A model generated the notes under the pieces. The model had not been told where the DNA came from. It worked only from the letters and a program-made list of their open reading frames with translations, and ran no database searches. The position numbers were made by a program, and so were the translations under genes. Of a stretch of DNA of 64,000 nt, positions 1 to 10,807 are shown piece by piece. The stretch is from an uncultured candidate division Zixibacteria bacterium (GTDB taxonomy: Bacteria; Zixibacteria; MSB-5A5; UBA10806): positions 352,001 through 416,000 of the forward strand of contig CAWDFP010000007.1 of NCBI GenBank assembly GCA_963801605.1, written 5' to 3'. Every line of letters begins with the position of its first letter. The stretch's first letter is position 1.

Positions 1-1
1 G

Positions 2-754
2 GCCGCTGGCATTCACTGGCACATGAATATCGGATTCAAGGTTGAATATATCGCCCGTGACGAACGTCGCCAGGATATCCCCTGGATTCGGGTAACAGAC
101 AAAGAATCTGGACGGACCACTATTTACCAGGATCAATCCAATCCCCTGCCACCTGATTCCCTTCTCAAAATGACCCCGCGCATTATGGATTGCATGGACT
201 GCCATAATCGCCCCAGCCACATTTATCATGCCCCTGACAACGCCATCGATGTTTCGATGTTGATTGGCCGGATCAATCAGCACATTCCTGATATCAAAAA
301 GGTTGCTGTCGAGGCTATGGCGCAAGAGTATAGTTCTTATGATTCCGCCATGACCGGCATCTCGGATAATATCACGAACTATTACAAGCAGAATCATCCC
401 GATTACTACGCCGCCATGACCGATACTATCAATGCCGCCATCAAAGCAACGCAAAGTGCTTTCACCCAAAATATCTTTCCCGGAATGAAAGTACGCTGGT
501 CGGCCTATCCCAACAATATCGGGCATTTTTACAGCATTGGATGTATGCGCTGCCATCTGGGCAATCATAAAAGCGATGATGGCCGGACGATCACTCACGA
601 TTGCACCGCCTGTCATAGCGTCCTTATGCAGGGCACCGGACCAAAAGAGCTTTCGACTGCTGAGAAAGGCCTCGAATTCCAGCATCCCGAGGATATTGGC
701 GATACCTGGAAAGAAACTGGATGCTACGAATGCCACAGCGGCGTTCAACCGTAA
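2..754 (+). CDS. Multiheme c-type cytochrome, C-terminal part (5' truncated by the window edge)
   Basis: Four CxxCH motifs (CMDCH, CMRCH, CTACH, CYECH); the frame is open to the window start (AAGIHWHM...). Confidence 0.9.
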   Translation, partial: AAGIHWHMNIGFKVEYIARDERRQDIPWIRVTDKESGRTTIYQDQSNPLPPDSLLKMTPRIMDCMDCHNRPSHIYHAPDNAIDVSMLIGRINQHIPDIKKVAVEAMAQEYSSYDSAMTGISDNITNYYKQNHPDYYAAMTDTINAAIKATQSAFTQNIFPGMKVRWSAYPNNIGHFYSIGCMRCHLGNHKSDDGRTITHDCTACHSVLMQGTGPKELSTAEKGLEFQHPEDIGDTWKETGCYECHSGVQP

Positions 755-767
755 ATATAGCATAGCC

Positions 768-808
768 GTAGGTCGGGTTCCGAGTCCCTGGGACGAGAAA
801 CCCGACAC
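768..808 (+). repeat. GTAG-type REP-like palindrome, family 1
   Basis: GTAGGTCGGGTTCCGAGTCCCTGGGACGAGAAACCCGACAC with a GTCGGGTT/AACCCGAC stem; near-identical copy at 16380. Confidence 0.85.
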
Positions 809-866
809 TATTATAACGACATCTTATTTTGTAGCTTGTTTATTAAGGACCCAAAGGGTCCTTACT

Positions 867-894
867 GTAGCTCAGACCCCCACAGGGTCTTGAC
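867..894 (+). repeat. GTAG-type REP-like hairpin, family 2
   Basis: GTAGCTCA-hairpin-TTGAC; same layout at 16841-16868. Confidence 0.55.
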
Positions 895-1059
895 TCTTTA
901 AATTCAAGCCTATGAAAAAATAATATTATCGTAAAAGCTTTATTTACTCAATCGTAGTGGCACATCTCGATGTGTCCCGCTTTAATTAAAAATTCATATT
1001 CATCGAATTCGCGTTATCCGTCTGGCGGGTCGCTAAACCCGTCGAACTATCACATCCGC

Positions 1060-1935
1060 TTATAATCTAATTCTATATGTAATCGCTACTGCGTTGGGAC
1101 GATATGGCAGCGTATCATTGATCGCTGACGCTGTTATGCTCTCAACCAGGAAATGGCCGTAAGGTTCATATCCGGGAAATACAAAACCTCCGATAAAATC
1201 TCCGCCGCTCGAATGCGGTATCTGGCGGGCTATATGTCCGCCTGATACGGGATATCGCATCCTTATAATATTGGTGCTGTCGCTTGAATGGACTATTACC
1301 GTAATCGAATCGCCCTGCGAAAATTGAGGAATATATTTCAAAAGTTTCCTGGCCGGATTTACATGAATCAAACTATCGGCTGATTGAATATCCACTCTGG
1401 GAAGCGGCAAAACCTGACTTTGAGTTTGCGGCGTGAAAACGATATCCGAAAGCTGCATCAGCCTCCAGCCGCGTCTGGAATTATAATCGAATCCCAACTT
1501 CTCGAAAAGCGCCGTCATCGTTCCCTTCATGTCGAAATGCTTGGAGAGCCTGACCCTCTGCGATCCGCCTCCAGTGGTATCGAGCGCGATTACTTCAAGA
1601 GTTCCCCAGAAAAATTTAACCACTGTAACATTGGCATACGGAACCGAACCGATTGAGTCAGTTGGCTGCGGATTAATTATCTTGATATCGATATCGAGCG
1701 AATCGTGAGTGATATTTCGCCAAAAAAAGAGCGGCCGGTATGACGCTGACAATCCGGGTGTCGTATCGGGTATCGAGGTATCAAATTGATCCAGGTTGAA
1801 TGCCGACGGACTATCATATCTGATAATATTATAGATAGCTTCATCGTCGGTAGGATCGGTCAATGGTTCAACACCGCTCCTTCCGCACGAGATAACTGCG
1901 ATTAGAAGCAGGGGTAAATAAAGCAGCTTTTTCAT
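1060..1935 (-). CDS. Hypothetical lipoprotein
   Basis: Start reassigned to MKKLLYLPLLLIAVISC (signal peptide with lipobox Cys). Confidence 0.75.
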   Translation of the reverse strand: MKKLLYLPLLLIAVISCGRSGVEPLTDPTDDEAIYNIIRYDSPSAFNLDQFDTSIPDTTPGLSASYRPLFFWRNITHDSLDIDIKIINPQPTDSIGSVPYANVTVVKFFWGTLEVIALDTTGGGSQRVRLSKHFDMKGTMTALFEKLGFDYNSRRGWRLMQLSDIVFTPQTQSQVLPLPRVDIQSADSLIHVNPARKLLKYIPQFSQGDSITVIVHSSDSTNIIRMRYPVSGGHIARQIPHSSGGDFIGGFVFPGYEPYGHFLVESITASAINDTLPYRPNAVAITYRIRL

Positions 1936-2064
1936 AAATTCCTTTGATAATGGATATGCCTCAGAATAAATACGCTTTTCCTTAAATATCCTGAGGCCTA
2001 CCTTAATCGTTATCATATTTTCTAGATATAGATACCAATTTGACGCGATTATATTCCCCTCGTT

Positions 2065-4059
2065 CTACCTCTTGCTTACCACTTTCCTCAACCTGGTAAT
2101 CTCATCGCGCAACTCAGCCGCTTTTTCGAATTGCATATCCTTAGCGGCCTGTTTCATCAAACGTTCCAGCGCTTTGATACGATCCTCATACTCCAACTTC
2201 GCAACCGCATCGATCTCCTCATCGGCGCTTGCCTCCGGTAGTACGGTTTTGGCATCGGCAAACGATGTTACCCTTATTATCTCTTCGCGCGTTTTGGTGA
2301 TTGTCTCCGGGGTTATTCCATGCGCTTCGTTATATTCCATCTGGATTTTGCGCCGCCTCTCGGTTTCTTCAATCGCCTTGCGCATCGAATCCGTGATGGC
2401 ATCGGCATAAAGGATAACTTCGCCGGCGTTGTTGCGCGCTGCCCGTCCCGCGGTTTGGATTAAAGACCGTTCCGACCGCAGGAATCCTTCCTTATCCGCA
2501 TCGAGAATTGCCACCAACGATACCTCCGGCAAGTCCAATCCTTCGCGAAGTAGATTGATTCCGATCAATACATCGAACTCCGCCAGCCTTAAATCGCGAA
2601 GTATCTCCACCCTGTCGATGGCATCGATCTCCGAATGCAGATAGCGCGCCTTTATGCCCAGGTTTTGAAGATAATCCGTCAGATCCTCCGACATCCTTTT
2701 GGTCAGCGTGGTCACCAGTACCCGCTCGCCCCTGGCGGTCTTCTGCTTAATCTGCTCGATAAGATCGTCAATCTGCGTTGCTATCGGTTTGACCGTTATC
2801 TTGGGATCAATTAAGCCGGTCGGCCGGATAATTTGCTCAACCACTACTCCGCCCGATCTCTCAAACTCATATTCTGCGGGGGTGGCAGACGTGAATATCA
2901 CTTGATGCAGCCGCTTTTCGAACTCGTCGAAAAACAGCGGCCTGTTATCCAATGCTGACGGCAGCCTGAAACCATACTCAACCAACGTCTCCTTACGCGA
3001 CCTATCCCCATGATACATTCCGCGAACCTGCGGAATCGACTGATGCGATTCGTCGATTATTGTTAAAAATTCCTTGGGGAAATAATCGAATAATGTATAT
3101 GGCGCATCGCCGGCTTTCCTGCCTGAAAGATGACGGGAATAATTTTCGATTCCGGAACAGAACCCGATCTCTCGCATCATCTCAATATCATAGCGTGTCC
3201 GCATTTCAAGCCGCTGGGCTTCGAGAAGCTTGCCGTTTTCTTTCATGAAACGAAGCCGCTCCTCGAGTTCTGCTTCTATATCCTTGACCGCCCGCATCAG
3301 ATTCTCAGGCTCCGTTACGAAATGCCGCGCCGGATAAATGGCATGTTTATCCTTCGCTGCGATTACATGGCCATCAACCAGGTTGACAATTGTAATTCGC
3401 TCGATCTCATCGCCGAAAAATTCGATCCTGACCGCTTCTTCCTCGTACGCCGGATGAACCTCGACCACGTCGCCCCTGACCCTAAAATGGCCTCGGCCAA
3501 ATTCAATATCATTACGCACATAATGAATCTCTATCAGGTCGTGCAACAACTTGTCGCGTTCATAATGCTTGCCCTTTTCGAGAAAAACTAACATATCCTT
3601 ATAATCCTGCGGCGAACCCAACCCATATATGCATGATACCGATGCTACAATGATAACATCGTCCCGCGACAGGAGCGACGATGTTGCCCGCAAACGCAAC
3701 CGGTCAATATCATCATTTACTGATGTATCTTTTTCGATAAAGATATCAGATTGTGGTATGTAAGCCTCAGGTTGATAATAATCGTAATAGCTTATGAAAA
3801 ATTCTACCGCATTTTCGGGGAAAAATCCCTTAAGCTCGCCATAAAGTTGAGCCGCTAAGGTTTTATTATGCGACATAATCAAGGCCGGCTTGCCGTAGTT
3901 GGCAATGACATTGGCCATCGTAAACGTCTTACCCGACCCGGTCACTCCTAAAAGCGTCTGGAATTTATCGCCCCGTTTTAACCCTGCGGTAAGTTGCTCT
4001 ATCGCCAGGGGCTGATCCCCCTGCGGTTGAAACGTAGATTGTAATTTAAATTTTGCCAT
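2065..4059 (-). CDS. uvrB: Excinuclease ABC subunit B
   Basis: GVTGSGKT Walker [25 protein letters not shown]-terminal UVR domain. Confidence 0.98.
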   Translation of the reverse strand: MAKFKLQSTFQPQGDQPLAIEQLTAGLKRGDKFQTLLGVTGSGKTFTMANVIANYGKPALIMSHNKTLAAQLYGELKGFFPENAVEFFISYYDYYQPEAYIPQSDIFIEKDTSVNDDIDRLRLRATSSLLSRDDVIIVASVSCIYGLGSPQDYKDMLVFLEKGKHYERDKLLHDLIEIHYVRNDIEFGRGHFRVRGDVVEVHPAYEEEAVRIEFFGDEIERITIVNLVDGHVIAAKDKHAIYPARHFVTEPENLMRAVKDIEAELEERLRFMKENGKLLEAQRLEMRTRYDIEMMREIGFCSGIENYSRHLSGRKAGDAPYTLFDYFPKEFLTIIDESHQSIPQVRGMYHGDRSRKETLVEYGFRLPSALDNRPLFFDEFEKRLHQVIFTSATPAEYEFERSGGVVVEQIIRPTGLIDPKITVKPIATQIDDLIEQIKQKTARGERVLVTTLTKRMSEDLTDYLQNLGIKARYLHSEIDAIDRVEILRDLRLAEFDVLIGINLLREGLDLPEVSLVAILDADKEGFLRSERSLIQTAGRAARNNAGEVILYADAITDSMRKAIEETERRRKIQMEYNEAHGITPETITKTREEIIRVTSFADAKTVLPEASADEEIDAVAKLEYEDRIKALERLMKQAAKDMQFEKAAELRDEITRLRKVVSKR

Positions 4060-4305
4060 AACCTATAATATATAAAATATAAACTCATACTTATATACAA
4101 ATTTGACTTCAAAATGTTACTGGAAATCTGCAATTCCCTCGCCGTGTGGTCAGGTCTCCATCCCAAACCAAGAGCGGAGAAACCGCCTAAGCGAAAATCC
4201 GGTCTAAAGATGATTCAAATTTATACACTCGGACGTAACGAAATGGTAATTCACTTCGAACTATATCTATTTGGCGCATCCGAATATTATCCCCAGCTTT
4301 ATTTT

Positions 4306-6270
4306 TTAAATCTTTCCCTTCACCCAATTCTCTAATCCGCCCGTTAAAACCAACTCCTGGGCCGCCGTCCCAACCGGATCGATAGCGTATGCCTTTCCAT
4401 CGGACTCAATAGTGGATTTACCAAAATCAATCTTCGCATCGATACCGGTTTTAACAGTCAGTTTTGCGCTTCCAAATTTGGCCTTCAGGTCTCTCACCAA
4501 TTCCGGAGCTTCGATCACCAAAAATCCATTGTTAATAGCATTGCGTTTATATGTCTCCGAAAACGACCCCGCAATAACCAGGCGAATACCTCGATATTTC
4601 AACGATGTTGCCGCTTGCTCGCGCGAGCTGCCGGTGCCAAAATTAAATCCCCCGATCAGGATATCCCCCGCCTTTACGATTTTGCCAAATTCCAGATCGT
4701 AGTTTTCCATCACGACCTGTGCCTGCTGCTCCGGCGTGAAATCATCGATATAAGTATATTTCCCCGGAAAGATACCATCCGTATTGAGATTATCCTGATA
4801 GCAGAAAATTATCTCCCCCTTCAAGGCTTCGGGAAATCCGTCTAAAATCGGCACTTTAACTGCGCCTGCCGCCTTTCGCGTATTGATGCGAATTTCTCCT
4901 TCAAGCCGCATCAATGGAAAATCACCTGGCAGATCGATCACCCCGGCAATCGCTGACGCCGCCACCACTGCCGGCGACGCTAAATATGCCTCCGCCTTGG
5001 GCGAACCCATCCGCCCCTTAAAATTCCGATTGGTGGCGGATATGCCGACCTCGCCATCCTGCAATAACCCCTTGCCCAGTCCTATGCATGGCCCGCAGCC
5101 CGGTGGAAGAGGTATCGCCCCGGCATCGAGCAACGCCTTCCAATCGCCCCGACGTTCGCTTTCGGCCTGTACCTCGCTTGACGCTGCCGCTATATAAAAC
5201 TCTACGCCTTCGGCCACTTTTTTGCCCTTAGCCGCCTCGGCCGCCTGCGCTAAATCGTCAACCCGGCTGTTGACACACGACACCAAATATGCCTTATGAA
5301 TTTTAATCTGCCTTTTACGCATCTCACCAACGGATGTCATTGTCTTGACATTATTGGGACCTGATACACTCGGCTGTACGGTCCCTAAATCAAGCGTTAA
5401 CTCTTTGGCATAGTATGCGTTCTCGTCGGCTCTTAAAGCTGCACTTTCAAGTGTTTTTATCCGTTCCCCATTAATTCTGGGATGGCCGCCATTGCCATCT
5501 GCATCCGATGGCGCCCCAGCCAGCCCGCGCCGGCTGATACGTTCATTTCGATTATTTAGCCAATCAATTGTAACCTTATCTATCGGGAAAAGGCCTACTA
5601 ACGCCCCCCATTCTGTGGTCATATTGGCTATCGTTAAACGCTGATCAATACTCAGTCTTGCCAGGCCGTCTCCTACAAATTCGATAGCATGATTTAATAC
5701 TTCATCCTTATTAAACAGTCCGCACAAAGTCACGATAACGTCCTTGCCTGTCACGCCCGGCAATAGTTTCCCGCGAAGCTCGACCCTGGCTACCGGCGGT
5801 ACCTGCCACCAGGTTCTGCCTGTGGCCCAAATGGCGGCAGCATCCGTACGCACAATTGGCGTTCCCAGGCATCCCAATCCGCCATACATGTTCGAGTGGC
5901 TATCTGACGCTACCACCATCGTTCCCGGCCAGGCATACCCTTCCTCGCACATTATCTGATGCCCTATGCCGCGTCCCGCCGGATAGAAATCGATCCCATG
6001 CTCTCTGGCAAACGATTCGATCTTACGATATTTCTCTAAATTCTTCTCTCCCGTATCCTGAATATCATGATCGAGCGTAAATACCGGCTGCCGACGGTTC
6101 GCAATCTTCGTTGCCCCAATGCTCTTGAATTTCGGTATCACCGCCCCGGTGTTATCGTGAGTCATTACATACGCGGGCTGAATCGACAAATAATCTCCCG
6201 CCTGAACAATATGCCCCGGCTCCAAACCCACAGCATATTGCTGCGCTATTTTTTCAACGAGGTTTTGCAT
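4306..6270 (-). CDS. lysF: Homoaconitase, fused large and small subunits (fungal Lys4-like)
   Basis: [41 protein letters not shown] and a fused swivel domain with [11 protein letters not shown]. Confidence 0.8.
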   Translation of the reverse strand: MQNLVEKIAQQYAVGLEPGHIVQAGDYLSIQPAYVMTHDNTGAVIPKFKSIGATKIANRRQPVFTLDHDIQDTGEKNLEKYRKIESFAREHGIDFYPAGRGIGHQIMCEEGYAWPGTMVVASDSHSNMYGGLGCLGTPIVRTDAAAIWATGRTWWQVPPVARVELRGKLLPGVTGKDVIVTLCGLFNKDEVLNHAIEFVGDGLARLSIDQRLTIANMTTEWGALVGLFPIDKVTIDWLNNRNERISRRGLAGAPSDADGNGGHPRINGERIKTLESAALRADENAYYAKELTLDLGTVQPSVSGPNNVKTMTSVGEMRKRQIKIHKAYLVSCVNSRVDDLAQAAEAAKGKKVAEGVEFYIAAASSEVQAESERRGDWKALLDAGAIPLPPGCGPCIGLGKGLLQDGEVGISATNRNFKGRMGSPKAEAYLASPAVVAASAIAGVIDLPGDFPLMRLEGEIRINTRKAAGAVKVPILDGFPEALKGEIIFCYQDNLNTDGIFPGKYTYIDDFTPEQQAQVVMENYDLEFGKIVKAGDILIGGFNFGTGSSREQAATSLKYRGIRLVIAGSFSETYKRNAINNGFLVIEAPELVRDLKAKFGSAKLTVKTGIDAKIDFGKSTIESDGKAYAIDPVGTAAQELVLTGGLENWVKGKI

Positions 6271-6471
6271 TAATTGGCCTCACTTTTAATTACATGAAAA
6301 CGTCTTTGTTATTTAAACAGTATACTACTTTGGGCAGGCTTTATAAAGATAGATATTTAACAATCTCTATTTACTGCCAGATACGAAATCAAGCCTAAAA
6401 ATCCCGCACATTTTCGCGATCGTTATAGTATATTGACGCCACCAAAAAATAGAGATATAAAAAGGCAAGTT

Positions 6472-7695
6472 ATGAACAAACGACTCGACCCATCTATCTT
6501 CGATCTCCCCGTACAGGAGATCCGACGAGGCTATCGTTCGGCGGTCTATTTCTGGCGTACAAAGCGAATTCTCGAACAAGATAATAATCATGCCCGCGTC
6601 ACTCATCAAATCTTCCAGAAAAAAGATAATGTCATTATTTGCGGTACTGATGAAGTCATCGCCATTCTGCGGTGCGCCTCCGGATACTACAGCGATCCCG
6701 ATCGCGCCTTCAAGCTTTTCGACCGCTATATAGAACTCAAACAATTGATCCGCGAATCTCTGTTCCGAGGAGATTACCACACCCATCTGGAATTGACTGC
6801 TTCCAAAATGGAAATCTCGCGCCAGCTCGATGATCTCTGGATAGACAAGTTTTCCGATATCGAAATTTATTCGCTCCATGACGGTGATCCGCTGTCTTCC
6901 TGGGAAACCGCCATGATCATCGAGGGCGAATACTCGCTCTTCGCTCATCTGGAATCGCTTTATCTCGGAGTCCTCGCTCGACGAACCAGAGTCGCCACTA
7001 ATACCCGCGCCGTCGTCGATGCCGCCGCCGGAAAACAGGTTCTCTTTTTTGCGGATCGATTCGATCACTTCGCCAATCAGAGCGGTGATGGTTATGCCTC
7101 CAAAATCGGCGGCGCTCAGGGCGTGGCCACGGACGCTATGGCGGCCTGGTACGGTGAACGCGGCCTGGGAACCATCCCTCATGCTCTGATTGTAGCGTAT
7201 AACGGCGATACCCCGCTTGCTGCCGAGAAATTTCAGCATTACTATCCGGATATTCCTGCCATTGCTCTGGTCGACTTCAATAATAATTGCGTCGCTGATT
7301 CCCTCGAGGCAGCGCGTCGTCTGGGCGCTAAGCTTTGGGGCGTCCGGCTTGACACTGCCGAAAATTTGGTCGATGTCAGCTTACAGAAAGTTAATAATAT
7401 CGATGATTCCGAAAAACATGGAGTCGCCCCGCTTCTCGTGGAACGGGTCAGGACTGCTTTAGACCGGGAGGGCTTCAGCCATGTAAAAATCATAGTCTCC
7501 GGGGGATTTTATCCCGAGCGCATCAGGCATTTCGAACAGCTTGGCGTACCGGTGGATATTTATGCCGTGGGAAGCTGGATTCTATCGGGCCGTTTCGATT
7601 ACACCGCCGACGCCGTCAGGCTCAACGATGAGCCGTTGGGGAAGGTCGGTCGAGTCTATCGGCCTAATCCTCGATTGGAGTTGGTAAAAAGCTAA
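6472..7695 (+). CDS. pncB: Nicotinate phosphoribosyltransferase family protein
   Basis: YSAVYF, GTIPHALI, LVDFNN, GVRLDT and IIVSGG motifs. Confidence 0.8.
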   Translation: MNKRLDPSIFDLPVQEIRRGYRSAVYFWRTKRILEQDNNHARVTHQIFQKKDNVIICGTDEVIAILRCASGYYSDPDRAFKLFDRYIELKQLIRESLFRGDYHTHLELTASKMEISRQLDDLWIDKFSDIEIYSLHDGDPLSSWETAMIIEGEYSLFAHLESLYLGVLARRTRVATNTRAVVDAAAGKQVLFFADRFDHFANQSGDGYASKIGGAQGVATDAMAAWYGERGLGTIPHALIVAYNGDTPLAAEKFQHYYPDIPAIALVDFNNNCVADSLEAARRLGAKLWGVRLDTAENLVDVSLQKVNNIDDSEKHGVAPLLVERVRTALDREGFSHVKIIVSGGFYPERIRHFEQLGVPVDIYAVGSWILSGRFDYTADAVRLNDEPLGKVGRVYRPNPRLELVKS

Positions 7696-7990
7696 AGAGA
7701 AAGCATTAGTGCCATCTTCATAATTACGATCCGAAATGATTTCTAAAAATATTTTATAATCCGACATCAATATCCGTTTATAACCTATTATCGATATATT
7801 TTCCCTCGATTTTCTAAGCATAATTCTGAAAACAAAATACGATAATTTATATCTATCAAAATTCGGCTGCGCTCTTTATTTAATCATCGTCAAACCTATC
7901 CGATATCTTGCATTTTTTTTGGAACTGAACTGCCGCTTCCCCTCTAAAATATGCAAACAAGATTCTCAAAACAGTTAACTGGAGGGTTAT

Positions 7991-8638
7991 ATGAACAAGC
8001 GCATGGCATCATTATTTCTGGCATTGATGCTTCTTGCCTTTCTTACACCCAGGATTTATGCTCAGAACAACATGGGACTTAGCGCCTGGGGAGTCAAGGC
8101 CGGCCTTGACATGTCCAGATTTACGGGCAAAGACGCAAAAACTGCATTCGGAAAAAACCTGGAGTATGAACCGGGAGCAACCGCGGGCCTTTTCGCCACC
8201 TACAGATTCAATAACACTTTCGCCGTTCAACCGGAACTGCTGTATTCTGTAAGAGGGTCTAGATGGACATCGACTGATGATACCCCCGCGTACAAGGCGA
8301 GGATTGACTACGTCGAAATACCTATACTGGCAAAAGCCGAATTCCCGACACAAGGCAGCTTCCAACCGAACCTCTACATTGGCCCGGATTTCGCCTTTAG
8401 AGTCAGAGCCCGGGAAACAATTCCGGGGCAGTCCAGCCAGGTCAATATCAAAAGCGATGTTAAAAGCAGTGATATTGGAATGGCCTTAGGAGCTGGCACG
8501 GGATATGCCTTAAGCCACGGGCAGATTACTGCCGATGCCCGTTACATTCTTGGTTTCAGCAAGATTGACAATACTCAATCAAACCTGGCTATTCATAACG
8601 GCACCTTTTCCTTTATCCTGGGCTACTCATTTAAGTAG
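7991..8638 (+). CDS. Outer-membrane beta-barrel (porin family) protein
   Basis: Signal peptide, QPELLYS and DYVEIPIL motifs, C-terminal GYSF; GGAGG RBS. Confidence 0.85.
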   Translation: MNKRMASLFLALMLLAFLTPRIYAQNNMGLSAWGVKAGLDMSRFTGKDAKTAFGKNLEYEPGATAGLFATYRFNNTFAVQPELLYSVRGSRWTSTDDTPAYKARIDYVEIPILAKAEFPTQGSFQPNLYIGPDFAFRVRARETIPGQSSQVNIKSDVKSSDIGMALGAGTGYALSHGQITADARYILGFSKIDNTQSNLAIHNGTFSFILGYSFK

Positions 8639-8655
8639 ATTAGAGTAAAAACAAT

Positions 8656-8685
8656 AGGGGATCGCCGAGAGGTGATCCCCTTTTT
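8656..8685 (+). terminator. Intrinsic terminator
   Basis: AGGGGATC...GATCCCCT stem followed by a T tract. Confidence 0.75.
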
Positions 8686-9058
8686 GCTTTATGCACTTAA
8701 GATAATACTTAGCGGTCTTATGGTATCCTGCTGACCGGCAAGACTTTATGCTTATTGGGATGACATCCATATTATTCCTGACGCCCGAAAAAATAGCAAA
8801 AAATAATTGTTGACATTTTTCATATTTAACCTTATTTGCGGCGTTTGCAAGAGCGTATGGGGCGAAAATGCGGCTAACTGGATTAATAAATATCAAATGC
8901 CGATCCTCTCAACGGACTTGGCTAAAATTGGAATTTTCGAGGAACAACCGTCATAGCCTGTTGGTTACTACCGTCGATAAAAATGCAGGGTATGGCGAAA
9001 TTTCTATAGGTTAGTGTATATCCGGATTAAATCGAAACAAATTTATGTCGAAGATAAA

Positions 9059-9073
9059 TGGTATGAAAATCGC
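9059..9073 (+). promoter_or_regulatory. Putative sigma54 promoter
   Basis: TGGTATGAAAATCGC gives GG-N10-GC about 65 nt upstream of the small ORF. Confidence 0.45.
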
Positions 9074-9138
9074 TATCCCATCAAATGGTAAGTTTATTGG
9101 GATTGTATCATTAACGTAACAACCCTTTGGGAGGTTTT

Positions 9139-9318
9139 ATGGAATGCGCGTACTGCGGTATCGATTTTAACGGTAAGCCATTTCGTCGCGACGGCGAAAT
9201 ATACTGCAGTAAAGAGTGTGCCGACGCCGACAGCGAGGAGCGCTTTGGAGTCGACGCCGAGGAACTCGACGATTATGGCGATGACATCGAAGAAGATGAT
9301 ACGGAGGAAGAATACTAA
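9139..9318 (+). CDS. Small four-Cys zinc-finger-like protein with an acidic tail
   Basis: CAYC...YCSKEC, D/E-rich C-terminus, GGAGG RBS. Confidence 0.7.
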   Translation: MECAYCGIDFNGKPFRRDGEIYCSKECADADSEERFGVDAEELDDYGDDIEEDDTEEEY

Positions 9319-9472
9319 AGGGTGAATCGTTAAACCGAAAATTCTGACATCCCCGTAACAAAGGGATGAAAATCATATATCTCACCACAGGCTGCCCTGG
9401 CCTGTGGCCCGTTTTGACGGGAAATAAAAAAGGCTGGACCGTTTTCGATCCAGCCTCTGTTATTTTATCCCC

Positions 9473-9880
9473 CTACCAATCGATGATTGTTGTTAAATCG
9501 GCGGCGCCCATTAAAACCATGGGATTGGAATTCTTCCTGGTGGCCGGTTTCGTTTTAGCCGCCATCCCCGAGTTCGCTGCCGAAGCTGATGCCCCAGTCC
9601 CCTTTTCCATGGAGCAGCTTCCCGAATTTGCATCCGGACTAACTGTTTTTGCATTTGCCGGTTTCCGGTATTCGGTCGTCATAACCTTGACGCCCTTCCC
9701 TGCCGTCTGCGAGGCTGATCCCCTGGACATGCAGGAAGCGCTGCACGCCTGCCCCTGGCTGGTGGTAACGCTCGCCGAACTCGACTTAACGTCGGCCTTG
9801 GTTTGATTTCCGCAGGCATACGAATTTGCCGCGATAAAAACCATTGCCGCCGCCATCGCCGCTATTGATATTGTCTTCAT
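9473..9880 (-). CDS. Small secreted low-complexity Ser/Ala/Cys-containing protein
   Basis: Signal peptide MKTISIAAMAAAMVFIAANSYA, GGAG RBS, terminator-like hairpin at about 9425-9457. Confidence 0.6.
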   Translation of the reverse strand: MKTISIAAMAAAMVFIAANSYACGNQTKADVKSSSASVTTSQGQACSASCMSRGSASQTAGKGVKVMTTEYRKPANAKTVSPDANSGSCSMEKGTGASASAANSGMAAKTKPATRKNSNPMVLMGAADLTTIIDW

Positions 9881-10093
9881 GTAACTCCTCCGGTTTGAGA
9901 TGACTATGATATTCATTTTCAACAACAATATAATACGGCCCGAGGTTTCCCCTGTCAAGCATTTTGACAATAATTATCAAAATAAACGGATTGGCCATAA
10001 TAGTGATTCCCCCGGCAATACCTTTAATAAATTTCGGATGAATTATAAGCATCGCTTCTTGACTATGCCCAACGTTGCGGATAATATTGGGTT

Positions 10094-10624
10094 ATGAGGC
10101 TTTTCAAGAACACCGAGAAAAAAGGTCCTGCCCTGATTTTCATCAGTACGCCTGCCAGGGACCTCCTGCCAATTTTTTCGCTGGATGATTTAGCCCGGCA
10201 AGCGGTAATTCAACTTGGCCGCGCCGCTCTTGACGCTAACGCCCATGTTTATGGATATGCGCTTCTCCCCTCGATTCTGTACGCCGTCATAGGCTTTCCT
10301 GACGCTTATGATTTACCGGGATTTGTATATAATTATAAATGGCTGTCGGGACGGGCAATAATAGGATTGGATCACGGCGAGTTCCACGAGCGTCTTTACC
10401 GAAAAGATAAGTTTAAGCCCTGGATGAACAGGTTTGACAACCTGACGCTCTCATCAAAGGCGCAGTTTTCAGCTAAGCTTGATTATCTTCACAACGAACC
10501 GGTCCGCCGGGGTTTGGCCGCTAGCATAACTGATTGGCAATATTCCAGCGCCAGGGATTGGATCCTTGAGCGGCCAGGCTTAATTAAGGTTCGAACAGAT
10601 TTAGCGGATTTCTTCCCGGACTGA
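10094..10624 (+). CDS. REP-associated tyrosine transposase (RAYT/IS200-like) homolog lacking the HUH motif
   Basis: KLDYLHNEPVRRGL...DWQYSSA matches the RAYT C-terminus; YALLPSILYAV replaces YxxMPNHxH. Confidence 0.75.
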   Translation: MRLFKNTEKKGPALIFISTPARDLLPIFSLDDLARQAVIQLGRAALDANAHVYGYALLPSILYAVIGFPDAYDLPGFVYNYKWLSGRAIIGLDHGEFHERLYRKDKFKPWMNRFDNLTLSSKAQFSAKLDYLHNEPVRRGLAASITDWQYSSARDWILERPGLIKVRTDLADFFPD

Positions 10625-10807
10625 GATAGGCTATCTAAATCCGTTGCCGTCATTGCGCCTATTGTTCGCGATATTTCCATAAATATTCGTCCGCTTCCAG
10701 AGCAATCTCTTGTTCACAACCGCATCCATTTATGGTATATATGGATTTGGGAAAATTTTAAAAGGCAGATTTCTACGTTATCCATTAAGGATTAACCTGG
10801 AGGAATT

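Noticed and set aside
6367..7239. 290-aa minus-strand ORF and similar antisense ORFs across the window
   Set aside because: Shadows of well-supported genes on the opposite strand
7921..7948. SigmaE-like promoter GGAACT...TCTAAA before the porin gene
   Set aside because: Spacing appears one base short of the usual consensus and it is a single instance
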